Shown here: one piece after another, positions 1 to 14,115 of the stretch
How the letters are laid out: each line of letters starts with the position of its first letter
Numbering within the stretch: position 1 is the stretch's first letter
NCBI GenBank assembly: GCA_904063045.1
Contig: CAJFCJ010000012.1
Span: 558,001-622,000, forward strand
DNA: 64,000 nucleotides
Reading direction: 5' to 3'
DNA from: Dimorphilus gyrociliatus
Lineage: Eukaryota; Animalia; Annelida
Made by a program: the position numbers and the translations under genes
The notes under the pieces: generated by a model
What the model was told of the DNA's origin: nothing
What the model saw: only the letters and a program-made list of their open reading frames with translations
Databases searched by the model: none

Positions 1-976
1 CCTCCTACTGTACATAGTAGTATATTGTATATAGTGTATAGTGATTGTAAATTATCATATATTTAGCATACTGCTATCAATCAACTACATGTGTTAATGC
101 AATTAATCAATCGCTTAGATAAATAAAAAAATTATTAAAAGTTGTTATAAGTAACCGAGTATCTAAATACTTTTAATTATACAAAACCCATTTCTAGTTC
201 ACAACAACGCTATTTATTAAAATAATGATGAAAGAGGTCTTCCTTTTATCATTCGTATAAAAAAATTTTTATTGATATAAACATAAGATAAATATGTCTA
301 AATGATTTGCTATAAATCATTGCTTTCGTCATACTACGTAAAATTGATTGTTTACTTAAAAACATCCCTAAACTTAATGCAAAAAAAGGCTTTATATGGT
401 TAGTGCTATTAGACAATATGAATAAAACTTGTAGATCGAAGAACTGAAAATACATATTTATTATTAAATAAGCAGTTAATAAACTATATTTTTAAAATAT
501 TCTATGCTGAATGATTAAGGTAGTAAAATTTCTACAATATTACTAATTTCGTGATTTAATCAATAAAGATTATGCTCAGATTATCTTCTACGATAAGAAC
601 TACTCCCGTACTCTCTTTAATGTAGAGCATAATATAATATGTTACACAAATTAGGAAAACTCATTATTACGTCTAAACTCGACATAAATTAGACAATCAT
701 GATTATTTCAGGACTTTTTCAAGTTGAATATAGTTATGACAATTTTATACAGAGTTTTTCCATTATCTGCCAACCAAGCCATTGTATTTATAGATAAATA
801 TTTTCCAATTTAAGTAAATGACCTTTCAAATCTAAATACTGTTCTATGTCATATACTATACAGTATTACACTTAAAGGTGTTTGCAGACATCGTTCTAAA
901 ATATACTGTATACACTATTTATACATACGAGAAGGTTTTGTACATGCCGTTCTAAAGAGTTTAAAATAAATGTTAC

Positions 977-2889
977 CTAATGTTGGAACTGATGATGCAG
1001 TTGGAGGAGCTGCCTCGACTAAGATGAGGAGTAACAGAAGGAAGCTTGAAAATAGGCTCATAGCTGTATAAATTACACAATGAAAAATATATTAAGTGTA
1101 CAGTGGAAGTTCAAAAACGAAATTTTTGTAGAGAGAAGGGAAATATTAGAAACGTTTTCCTTCGTTAAAATTACCATCTAAGTCTATTTCTCTCTCTCTC
1201 TCTCTCTCTCTTTATATTACTCTTGTATTCTCCCTAAAATAATTTTTTTTATAAAATACTTAATTCAATAAAATAAAAAGAATTCTAATCTTTTAACCTT
1301 TTACATAAAAAAATAAGGAGATTATTGGATTTAGAAAAAATTTTTTATCCCTACTCTTTCATTTTGCTATATAAATTTGATTAGCATATCCTATATACAG
1401 TATATATAAATTTATATATACAGCATACAGTATACTATATACAGTATATATAGTATATATAGCATATATATACTGCGTCATCAATTAATTAGTATTTAAA
1501 GAGCACTTTTTCTAATGTAATTACAGCTGTACATTTAAAAAATATAAATAAATCATATTACATATACTTTATGACTGTTTTTTATATATATTTTGATTAT
1601 TTATAAAAATACTATAGAGTAAGTTAACATCCAAAATCTTTGAAAGCTGCTTAATTAAGAAAATGTATGTAGTTTTCTTTCATTTTCATTTTCTCTGAAT
1701 TAGTTAGGTAACTATCTTGTTTAGTTGATAAAGACTAGTTTTTTTCACATATATATACAATATATAGAATTTTACTTGTTATTACGCAACGATATGGTCA
1801 TTAGCAATTCATTTATAATGGAAACGTAACTGGAGCGGAAAAAATATAAGTCATGGTTTTCTTACTTTCCTTTAAATACTATTTTTAATTAAGATAATTT
1901 TTTTATATCCTGTACTTACCTAAACTAGTCCGATCGGGTCTTTCAGGAGGCAGCCAAAAGACAACTAGTGTCATACATGCCAAGAAAATGCAGGGTAAGG
2001 TAAGAATGAAACTAGAAAATACCAATTTTCGTTTCAGAGTTAATGTGAAAATTAAAGTGACGTAAGGCTGAGGGCAACAATCGTAGTACTGAATTTTTCT
2101 TTGCTCCGATTTGCCGATAATATCCCATTCCGTTGAGTTTCTTTCCAACTCGGTTGTATCCATCTGATCCATCGTCTCCATAAAATGTAAATCAATTTCA
2201 TTGCCATGATATGCCCAAGAGCCAAAAGTCATGGTACATTCTTGACTATCAAACGGGAAGTTACTTATATCTATTGCACATGAACTGAGGTACATGCGAT
2301 GAGGAATCCAAAGTATACTCCCATTGTGGTATAAAATTATTAAAGCATCGCGTTCTAACTGCTGCGTATCGGCCCTATGGAAATGAAGATACATGAGGGA
2401 ATTCTCGGCTAATTTGCTTCATGACCCACAATCGACTTAGGAGCTATTTCGAAAATCGCTACGTTTTTTACTAACTCAATTTGCTAGTTGCATCATATTG
2501 CGAGTCTTTACTTGAAAGCCTATCAACTAATATTTTTAATTGAATTTTTACAAGAATAACCACTAACGAGACTAATATTAGGAAGATAAATTGAGTACGA
2601 AGGTAATCCTTTTAAATATTTATAAAAAAATATACAATATATCTAAATATAGTTCAAAATTCTCCCTTTTAAGTTGGCAAACTAGCTAAAGTATAGAGTA
2701 AAAATAAAAACGAGGTCGTTATTTAAATCGCAATTCTTGTTAAATTGATTAGATACAAAAATTCGTGAATGAACTTTTAACATGAAGACAACTTCTTTTT
2801 TGTATTACATTTCTGGTAAAAAACGTTATTTATAGACCACATTATAAAGTGTATCACTTTACTATGCAACTCGAATGAGAGGCAATACA

Positions 2890-2923
<34 letters not shown>

Positions 2924-3509
2924 TATATACAGTATATGTATATATGTATATATGTATATATAGAATATATACATATATGCAATTAATTATAGGATACTCT
3001 ATTAAAATTACTAATTATTAGCAAGGTATATCACATCTTTTATTTTCATAGTTGGATGGTAATAGTTAATTATTTGATATGTAGACTAATGACTTTTAAA
3101 ATGATTTAGAGATTAAAATGTAACACACATTTTTTTCGTTACATATGCATTCTGGGTATGTCTACTTTTTCACCTTTAAAGAAGAATGTAAATTGTACTT
3201 ACGTGTTATATAGCATAATATCTGGTATCCAGACCTTTTGTGATGATAAGCGAACTGAAGTTAAATTATCAAATAGACCCGGATTCCATGCTATATAATC
3301 ATCATGCCATCTCTGAATTAATAATTCTCTTTTAGAATAAAAACCCTCGCTTGTATGATATATTATAAAATGCTTACGTAACGACACCACACAGACGTCT
3401 TTAACATATGCTCTCTTTCGTCCAAATCCATTTGAATCATATTCAAACCAAATCTTACTATTAAGGGTTTTGAAGAATTACTTATAGGTCTTCCATTTCG
3501 CCCCACTTG
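977..3509 (-). CDS. Nicotinic acetylcholine receptor alpha-type subunit (Cys-loop channel), partial. Exons 3509-3378, 3312-3203, 2374-1920, 1063-977; M3/M4 exons probably lie left of the window
   Basis: The spliced translation has loop D (TSVWCRYRW), loop A (WIPDIMLYN), the Cys-loop (CAIDISNFPFDSQEC), loop B (FGSWAY), loop C with vicinal cysteines (YYDCCPQPY), M1 (FILTLPCIFLACMTLVVFWLP) and M2 (RTSLAMSLFSSFLLLLLILVEAAPP). All junctions are GT-AG with matching phases. Confidence 0.95.
1189..1210. repeat. (CT)n microsatellite
   Basis: Direct reading. Similar (CT)n/(AG)n tracts occur at about 8399-8432, 20460-20478, 22605-22620, 26021-26071 and 43063-43090. Confidence 0.95.
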
Positions 3510-3556
3510 CTGGAGAAATTTTGAAAATATTTATATATATATACAGTATATACAGT

Positions 3557-3593
<37 letters not shown>

Positions 3594-6264
3594 TATATAT
3601 TAATTAATTACTCTGTAAGTAACAAATACTTGTTTATTTTATTATCATTAAATGAAAGTCCAAAAACGGATTTAGCTAATCTAAGTGGAATAAGCTGAAT
3701 AAATTATGTTATCAGATTTGATATATTTTTTTCTTAGTTAATATATCCTCCTATTACGCCCTACTTATTCATTTCATTATTTATATAAATAGAAAGACAA
3801 TATTTCTTTTTGCCTTTAATTAATTTCTATAATTAATACTTTTTAGTTATAACCTAAAATCTTCTTCGTTCAAGACTTAGTCTTCTTTTTTTCTCTTAAT
3901 GATGAATTATAATATAATATGATATGAAATATTGCAAAATTAATTTGACATGTATTGTATAGTAATGAGAGTCTATATAAAAGACACTGCTCTAGATATC
4001 GAGTGCATGGTCGAAATTTTTCCTTAGGTGCAATGAATTATACCAGAAAAATAATGATTTTTATTATATATAATACAAACAGAGCATTCCTTAAGAAAGC
4101 TATCAAGTAATGAGATGAACTTGAATGACTGGAGATATTATTAAAGGGTCTTTACAGAGGAAACAAGTATAAGACTAATGCACTTCTGCAACCGTTAGTT
4201 TCGCTCTCTTTTTTTGCTACTCAATTAAATGAATCCTTTGTTATAAATTTATAATTTTTTATATTCAGAGATAAGTTTTAGCTGACGCTAAAGATATAAT
4301 AAATGTCTATAAGGAAAGAGAAAGTACTGGTTATAGAAATGATTAAAATATTATAGAATATCGATAAAATATACAAAAACATCACTTTATAGAATAACGT
4401 TACAGTTATTAGATTTTAAATTTATATTAAAAGTAACTAAATTACTAAAATAATAAAAATATCTAAATATTTATTAAATATTTATTGATTATTTCTATGT
4501 TTTTTTTATATATACATTTTACTTCATTAATAGATCTCTATTCATTTATCACTTCAGATATTTTTCTCTTTTTGTTGCAGTTCTTAGTCGGATTAAAGTG
4601 TACTAATAATTACTTGAGTTTTTACAATTTTCTCCTTTGTTTGTTTCTTCCCATGCTTTTTATCATTCTGTTTAATGAATGATGTATTATATAAATATAT
4701 ATAGCTGATATATATACAGTATATATAGATACTGTATATATAGTATAAGTCCTCTGCATGTAATAAAATAAACGATAAAAAGTAACAGATAAACGAAAAT
4801 CAGAGTTTATCTTAACTTTTTCTCCTAACTAATTAGACAATGCGATAGGTAGTTCTGTGTTTAATTAAAAAAGTCCATAAAACCTCCTGGGAAGAAAAAT
4901 TGATGTTTAGTAAGAGTCCCTCGACGTATTTTTCTTTTTTTAATGAAAGAAGAAATCATTAAGATTTCTGTATTTCTTTTTTATTTATTTATTTGTTTTC
5001 TTTTGTTGTTCTCTTTTTTATAAATTAAACAGTATTCTTCTTTAGTGAAAATAGTACTATAAGATAATAATTTTACTTATATTCATTAAATTTCTTATAT
5101 ATGGAATTGTACAGACGAAAAAGTTAAATTTGTACTAAAACTTTCACAATAGTCCCGTATTTGGGGCAATTAAATAGAAAAAAAGATATTTCCTCCTTTT
5201 AAATTGGTATATAATACATCTCTTCTATGAAATTATAGTAGTAGAATTTTATGAAAAAAATATAAAAGCTATACATCGCTCTTAATCATAATAGTATGAA
5301 TGTATTTAAAAACCTTACAAATACATAGATACATTTATTATAATTGGCCTAAAAATATTAACATAAAGGATTTTGTATAGTCCCTTTTTTTTGCAGGTAA
5401 AAAATAATCCCTAAAGCATACTCTTTAATGGTAAAAAAAAATAGAAAATATAAAAAAGACTTAATCTTTTTAAGAATGCACTTTTTTTGAAATCTTTCAA
5501 TATTAGAACATTGTAATAAATTGTATTTTAATAAAAAGAAACTGTATTTCTTTTCTCTTTAAGATAATCTAATATACTTTTTTTTAACTTTTCTTTCTCT
5601 AAATAAAATATATAGAATTTAGAAAAAAGAACGACTTTGTTTTAAGCATAAACTTTACGTAAAACGTTTTCCAGTAATATAAAATGTCTTTCCAGTACCA
5701 GAAAAGCATTATCCGTAATAAGATAGTATTTTTAGCAAAAGTGAACCAAGTCGAAATATCATAAAATTCCCAAGTATAGAAACCTAAATACCCTACCTTT
5801 AAGTACATAGAGAATATCAATATGCGTACTATCTATTTTATATAAACACTGTATATATATATATATATACAAAGTTTATATATTTTTTTTATTTACATAA
5901 ATGATAGAGTTAAATTTAGGCCAAGTACTCAACAAATAAAAAGGGGAGGAAAGGAGGAAAGTGTATAGGAAGAGGACCTGTGAAATATCTTTTTATTTGC
6001 AATTTTGAAATAAAAGTACTAAATAATGTAATAAAAAGAATTCAAATATAGAGGTCCTTTTCATTTAAAACAGGTACACTTTAAATACTAATTAACTGGG
6101 AAATACTTACAATGCTATATATACTGTATATGTATATATATATATATATATTCGAATATATTTGCTATATTAATAGTAATATTGTTTAAGTAATATAAAA
6201 ATTAATAGGTCAACTAATAGTAAATGAAGGAGAGAAGAAGGGAGAGAGACATAGAGAGAGGGTT

Positions 6265-6334
6265 TGTGTGTGTGTGTGTGTGTGTGTGTGTTTGTGTCTG
6301 TGTGAGTGAGTGAGTGAGTGAGTGAGTGAGTGAG
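6265..6334. repeat. Compound (GT)n + (GAGT)n microsatellite
   Basis: Direct reading. It explains the spurious ORF 6214-6396. Confidence 0.95.
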
Positions 6335-8020
6335 CGAGTTAAAGAAAGAGAGAGAAGAGGGAGGGAGGGGAGAAAGAAAGATTTAAATTGGAGCAACGTA
6401 ATATATACTTGGTAACCCCGAGTTTATTCAAATAAAAGCCCTATCTTATCAATGAAACCCCATTATTCTTTGGTTGATTCCTTGATAGTTTATTTATCTT
6501 TGCCTAATTTTATTTTCTCTTTTTACAATTACATTTTTGTAGTAAGATTAATTATTCTTTTAGAAAAAGAAAAACTGTATCAGATGAGAAGAGAAAAATA
6601 CCTAGTCCTTTGTGAATTTATTAAACTTGTCAATGTAAGTCTCGATAACTACTTCATAAATATTTCAAGACTTTGAGGAAACATTTTGATGGACTTTCTA
6701 ATAAAATATGGCACAATGAGATACTTATAAAGATACTATAGATAGATTATTTAACTAAACCATACAACTTTTAGTGAAAGAATGGAAGCAAGAAGTAAAA
6801 CAGAGAATTCTATTAATATATTTAGTCTTTTTCTTTTAGTTTTAATTCGGTGAGAAATAATAATTTACTGAACAGTTGTCTGTGTAGTTTCTTCAGTATT
6901 CCCTAGCTGTTTTTAAATGTTATTTTATAATTATAATCCTAATCATATTAGTGAGTACAACTCCAAGGCAGTCCTACAGTCGTAATTAGGGGATATATTA
7001 ATTTCTTCTTTTCTATATTTTGCATGAATAGTGACTCAATTCTATTAGATTACAGAAAATAAAATATGTAAAGAGGGAATAGGTTTTTAAGTCTTTTATT
7101 TGTGTTGTTTTCAGCCAACAGTCTGGAAAGTTTCTAATGACAAGGAGATGCAAATTCAAAAACGGCCTATTTTCCCCCCAAAGACTTAATCCCAGAATGA
7201 AAATTTTGGCACAGTTTAGAAAACTGAAGACTCTAAAGAATAAATGCAGTTGGAGATAAAAAAACAAAGTTTAAATAAATTTCCCAGTGTAAAATTAAAA
7301 AGAATAATAAAGTTATCTAGGCGAATATTAAAATATTCTATTTTATAAATGGCCTTTGGGAATGTTGTAAGGTCAAGAATTATCATATTTGATATTCGCA
7401 GTTTGGACAGAGTCTAAAAAAGTTAGACACAAAAAAAGGAATATTACGTATTATAAGTCTACTTCAGTTAATCTTATAATAATCTCAATAGCCTTTGAAA
7501 TAATTTCTTAACGTATTTTTACTCGCATATTTTTCACCTTACTTGAGTAAAAAACAAAGATTCATCAAAAAGAAAAAAGAGAGGATAAGCTCTCTTTTAA
7601 TATCTAGTATATATATATAATATTAAATAAGCATTCGCATTAAATCACTAAATAATAATTAGTTTTACTTTGATATAACTGCATGAAAGCCGGCGAACGT
7701 TAAATTCTATGATTAAAAGGTAGTTTAATTGTTTTAAAAGACTATTTTTCAATCATTTCTGTCATTATTCAATTAAATAAATAGAATTAAATACAAAAAG
7801 GAAAAAAAAGAACTAAAGAGAAATTTTCTTTTTAAATACTCACTTTATATTTCTTTAAAATTTTTTTTATAAGTCTTTTTTCAGCGGAAATAGCAAGTTT
7901 ATGTCCTTTTCTTTCATTGCTGTTTGAAAAATAAACAATACAACTTTTAAAAACTAAAAGAGAAAATTGGTAATGGCGCAAAAATTAAAATTGAAAAAAT
8001 ATTAAAAAAATGAAAAAGGT

Positions 8021-8076
8021 TAGAGGGAGGGGAAACACTGAGAAAGGAAGGAGGGGGGGGGGGCGGAGGGGACGGA
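8021..8076 (+). other. G-rich tract with G-quadruplex potential
   Basis: gagggagggg...gagggggggggggcggaggggacgg stands out in an AT-rich background. A C-rich counterpart lies at about 44029-44052. Function unknown. Confidence 0.4.
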
Positions 8077-8392
8077 GAAAGAATAGTCACCGCACCCTAA
8101 AAAAAACAAAACAAAAAAGAAAAAAAAAACAATGAATGATTTTTTTCTAGCACGAAAATGGCTACCTACTGAATTCATTTATTCAATTGGTGCATTTTCT
8201 TTTTTATTTACGCAATCTATTTGTTAATTATTGATCAATAAAAGGTAGGTATTTGGTTTTTTGCTTCTTTTCTTTTAATTTTTTCTGTATTGTTCATTTT
8301 ACATTACTATCAATATATATACAGTATATAGTATGTAAAAAGGTTCATTTTGTGATTTATAATATTCCTAACTTTAAAACAAGAACGATTGT

Positions 8393-8436
<44 letters not shown>

Positions 8437-11400
8437 TAAAGAAAAAAATTTTTCATATATGTTAAAAAAGACACGACAACAGAGATAAATCGGTTTAGAA
8501 GGATATCCTTGTTTTTAAAAATGCATATAGTTCTATATATTAATTGACTGTGTATAATTAAATGTATAATTAATATATTTTTCTTACAAGTTATATAACA
8601 TTAAAAGTTCTACGAAAAGTTTACTAAAGGAAATTACAAATACAACGTTGACGTTTGTATAAAAAAATTATCAATAATTCTGTTTATCTTTTAGAAACGC
8701 GACAAATGTTTAGGCCTTTGGCAATTTTTTATCCAATATAGATTTTTCATGTACTTTGTTCGAAAAAAAAAACCTTACTAAGAGTCAGAGTGACGATATT
8801 CATTTAATTTCGTGTATACTGTATATTCTGAACCATGAAAACTCAAGTCAAAAATTTACTAAAAGAACTTTTCAACTTTCTTACTTTTTTTTTAAAAAGA
8901 AAAAATGTAATTAATTTTTTTATTTACATGGATTGATCGATCTATTCTCATCTAGCAAATAAATAAATAAATAAGGTTTAATAAAATAAAAATTAGATAG
9001 TTCAAAGGTATAATAAACAAAGAATAAATAGAGATTGACGTAGCTAAAATATTTTCCCTTTGTTGCTTTGTTATTTTTATTTATTTCTTCTATTTATATT
9101 GCAAATAAAATATAAAAGATGGTACTTTATTAAGTGATGCAACAACTGTAAATTTCCCCTTTATTCAGTTGTGTAGATATATAATATATACATATATAGG
9201 CTCTCATATTACAACAAATATTCGAAGAAGCTATCAATGTTTTACGTCAAATTCCTTTCAACTAGATAAAAAAGAAAACACAAAAAAGTACGCATATCTT
9301 TCATAAGCATTAAATATCATATAATTAGTGAGCTAGTAAAAGAAAGACAAACAAGATACATAATACAATTTGTGAATTTTAACTATACTACATGCAAAGG
9401 CCACAAAAAGAAAATAAAGGTATAAAGTACATAGCTACTAGCTATATGTACATATGTTTATTTTATCTTTGTACATAAACAAAAATAATTCGTGACATTT
9501 AAAAGTCTATAGATCATTATACAACTGAAATTGTATACAAAAAAGAAAGGCAATTCTCTTTTTTATTTCTTTCATTTTATGTTAGGGAAATGGTTTTTGT
9601 TTAAAATTCAATTCTTTTTTTCCAGTTCTTAAAATCTATTCAATATTTCTAAAGATTAAAAAACTTTGAATTTGAAAAGAGAGACTATTACGAGGCATTT
9701 TTTTGCATTTTCCTTGTCTTTGTTTTCTAAAGACAAAAATAAGATTACAAAGATATATGCAGTATATATATAGAGATATAATGTTAAAAATGCTATAAAA
9801 ACTAGAGTTGAAATAAGTTATCGTAAGAAGGGAATTGATTTTAGAGCTTATTTATGAGGTTTACAAATGATCCAGTGACTTTTAGTGCTTTAAATTGATT
9901 TAGTAGCAAAAAGAGGAAGTTTACTTTTGCTACAAATCTAATTAAAAAAAAAAAGCCGTCCTTTCAATAATGTATTTAAATTTAATTTATTATTCCTCTA
10001 TAATAATCATTGTAATATTTATAAACTATATATAAACATATATACAGTATCTACTGTATATGATGCACCTAGCAGATTTAATATATAGTGTGTTTCTAAA
10101 TTATTTTATAAATAATTACCTTTCAACATGATTTCAATGGTTTCAGTTAAATAATAATAAGAACTTTCTGCCTCTTTTTACTCTTTCTTTTTTCTTAAAT
10201 GCTTTTCCGTTTTACCCCCATTGCTATTAAGTTATAACAAGTACCCATTCCTTTTGCCACTATAGTATACTTCTTTTGCATCTATGTAATTTGTAGACGG
10301 CATAGTACTCGATACAATCAAGCTACTTCTATTAAGTTACATGAAATGCTATTACATCGTCTACTGAAAAGAAATTTATTATAATTCACAAGTCTTACTT
10401 TACTGTTCAAATGCCCATACGGATCGAATTTATTGACATAGGCCTATAGCACCAATAATTCAATTTACCTTTGCGAAACATGACAAATACTTTTGGACAA
10501 ACTACACGTTTACTCAATCGGTTTATATTTTAAGCAGACTAAAAATACTTTTATGTACATAACGTATAGTAAAATAAAACTATTTCTGACTTCTTCAAGA
10601 GGAACTTTGATCAAAATTGAATTATAAGTTTATAGGATATAAACTATTCTATATTTATCATAACATACAAACTTATATATGCAAATAGAAATTTCATCTA
10701 TCTGTTTATATTATCGCTGATGAATATTTAAACTTTCCAAGGAGTTAGTTAAAATTCTCTTGTGTTGTCTTTGTTACTTTGAATTTGTATGAGAATAAAA
10801 ACACGAAGAAATGTACATTAGCTAAATTAACTCATTTATTTTAGTAATTAAAAGATTATTCGCATTTCATAAGAGATATGGTTTTATATATAATATTATT
10901 TTCATTATGTATTGATATTCTATATAAATCATCAACTATAATATGCCTTTTTGGTGTATTTTCAATAACAACGGCTTATACAGATAAATTCCAGAAGTAA
11001 ACATTGACGTTACATTTATATATACAATATATACTACTATATATATATATAGATATATTAGGATATACAGTATATATTCTTCATTCGTCGAATAGGGGAT
11101 ATCTAAGCCTACATAGTTTAGCTCAACAGATAGGAATTTAACCATTCATACATGCAAACTTCTATATAGATTTCTTTTCTTAATGGTATACACAATATCC
11201 AGAAAGAGCAACCTTTATATACTTTTGCCTCAAGTAAATAGCTTTTATATACAATTCTGTGAAATTGTTTGAATATATGTGAAATTCAATTTGCGAAATA
11301 CCTAGTTCCTTCTTCAATTTAATAGGTCTTATATTATGTTTCGTTAAGTAATCATTAATTATGTATTGTTTTTAATTAATTTGGTCTTTTGTCCTTCGGA

Positions 11401-13358
11401 ATCTAAGAAAATATCTCCAGATATTTTGCACGAAATTTATCAGAAATCGACATTGAGATAAAGTAACTGTTAATGGAAAAAGAAAATGATACAAGATAGT
11501 CGTATCATTGATTTCGGAGAATCTGACATTATTATTTTCTTGTTTAAATAAACCTATACTATCCTAATTTTACATTGTAATTTTAAAAAGAAAAAAGTAA
11601 AAAACATAAATTAAGCGACTAAAATCAGAAAAAGCCGTATTCAACAAATATTGCAATTCCTTTGTATTTACTAATTATAGCTCTACTACTGTTTACATCA
11701 TTGATTATTTATTATGAGGTGACAATGTTGATCATTTTAGTCAGAAGAATATACTAAAATATGTTCTATTTTATTTTCATTTGCTCTTAATCTTTTTACT
11801 ATTTCTAAGAAGGATTAGAAGTCTCTTAATTGAATAGAACTACCTCCGATAGTTTAATACAAGTTCGGTATTTCTTTCTAAATAAACATATTTTAATGAA
11901 TACTTATTAGATTAAGATACTTATGAGGCATTTCCAACTTTGAACTGTAGTGCACACTTCATACATTGATACTCTATACAGTACGCTTTACATCTATACA
12001 TTACCCTTTACATGTGTATTAAAAGAGATTCACAATTTCCTCTAAGCTTATGAGATATATTATAGTATATAAGATATAATAATATAAAGCTGTATTTCCT
12101 CTATATTAACTTTTTCTTTGTCTCTTTTGCTTCTCTTAGCTGTCTCTCTTTAAATAGCTTAATGGACAACTACAATACTTTTTAGTTTAATAACTAATAA
12201 TCGTTTGTTAGGCTTTAGTGAATAAACTATACTAAGAAATTATATTTCTCATCGATAATTTGAAAATAAAAGAATTAGATAAAATCTACAAAGAGTCTAT
12301 TTTTTTTTGTAATGTATTCTTTAATAGTAAATTACTTTAGCCTGCCCTTATTGAACATGAATGACTATTCTTTTCTTGGTATTTACTATCTATAATTTAA
12401 ATTTTTCCAATAATTTATACAGTATATATGTATATATGTACGATACATGCTATAGGAAAAGAATCTTAAACTAACAATTACTATATAGAGGGACGAAATA
12501 GAAACTGTAATAGCTTGTTTCCCTTTCAAAGGAAGAAAAATAATAAAAGAAACATAGAATTATCATCTACTGATCGTTAACTGATAGCGTGTTAAAATGC
12601 TATATGTATCCTCTTATTTATTTCATACAAGCTAGAAAACTTTAAGTAGATCTTTCCATTTCGATGTATAATCATCAGAAGAATAGAAATTCATCAATGA
12701 CTAAATTTGTGTGCAATGCAATCATGCGTTCTATGTATGACAAATTACGGAATCATTCAGCAATTTTAAATGATATCTAACACATTCATAGCCCTGATTA
12801 GGATGTAACGCTTTCTTCAATGAATAAAGAAACTAGCGTATCATGTCAATAGATTGTTATTATCAAGTTTGTATAGCTATTTTATTTAGTGAAAACGTTG
12901 ATTAGTAGAGTTCCTGATACATTTTCAAAGGATTTCTTTCAAAATCGCCTTTATATTGTTATAGAACTTTACTTTCTGTGTAAACAAAGCTAAAGTTTTA
13001 AACATTTGAAATAAATATCATTTCATTCCTTTGATTTATTTCTTTAAAATCTTGCTTCTTGATATCAACGAAAAAGCATTTAAAAATAACCTGTTTAATA
13101 TAAAACACTCAGCTGTTAAAATCCCTTTAAAGTAAGTCATTACGTTAAGAAATATTCACCAATCTTAAGTTATCGACCAGAAAAGAAAGTAGATAATCCA
13201 TAAAGAAAACAATTTATTAAGAAGGAAGAATTCAGTATTAAATAAATAAGAATAAATTAGGAAAAGGTAGAAAGAAATGACAGAAGGTAAAATATATAAA
13301 GATAAAAATAAATAAACAAGCAAAAGTACTGGAGAGTTTAATATATAAAAAAAATAGA

Positions 13359-13396
<38 letters not shown>

Positions 13397-13972
13397 TGAA
13401 TATATTAGACTATATATATATACATATATCTTTAAATATTGAGAAATTATAATTATCTTAAGGGAAATAATACAAATTATCATAATTAATCCTATTTAAC
13501 TGACTAGATATAAAGCTATTCAATGGACGAATATTTATCTAAAACTTTCTTATTCAATAAAACTCTATAAAGTGTAATAGTTATAATTCTATTCTGAAAT
13601 TAAGTGCAATTGAAGAAAGCATTAATTCTTCACCCTGTTTTATGCTCTCTTTTTAAATCTATCCCTCTGTTATTTCTTTTGTTTTTTTCCCCTTATATGC
13701 TCATTATCAAATACAAGTTTTTTTAAGTTTTCTTTTAAGCATGTTCTATATTTCAGCAAAATAAAAATATAACTTATTTTGTATTGATTATACAAACTTT
13801 TTAAAATTAATGTTTAACTGTAATTCATTAAAAAAACCTGCATTGTAAATGTACATTATACATGTACAAGTAATATACATATATACTGGATATATATATA
13901 TATACAGTATATTTTAGATATATATTTACCTAATATAATTATCTCTTATAGTCGTTAAATAAAACTAGTTAC

Positions 13973-14115
13973 CTTTGTCTTTTTCTATTTCCATAAATGT
14001 TGGGCACATCTTCTCCTGGTCTTTGTTTAACTATCAGTTTTTTTGAATCAACTTTATGTATTAAAACCGAATAAAACAATAGTTGATAGAGTATTATGAA
14101 TATTATATATTTCAT
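13973..14115 (-). CDS. Signal-peptide-encoding exon, candidate first coding exon of the nAChR gene (or of another secreted protein)
   Basis: MKYIIFIILYQLLFYSVLIHKVDS-KKLIVKQRPGEDVPNIYGNRKRQ followed by a phase-2 donor AG|gtaact, on the same strand and upstream of the nAChR exons. I could not find the required phase-2-to-phase-0 bridging exon. Confidence 0.4.

Noticed and set aside
1099-1120. TA|CAGTGGAAGTTC, a possible Tc1/pogo left end
   Set aside because: No matching inverted right end was found in the window, so no element could be called.
6670-7000. Possible LINE reverse-transcriptase relic (KHFDGLSNKIWHNEILIKIL; VQLQGSP)
   Set aside because: Only a faint resemblance to the AFDxVWH and PQGS motifs, broken by stops and frameshifts. 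It cannot be supported without a search.
9200-9265. Terminal-exon-like plus-strand segment ALILQQIFEEAINVLRQIPFN*
   Set aside because: No upstream exons could be linked and it is too short to distinguish from chance.
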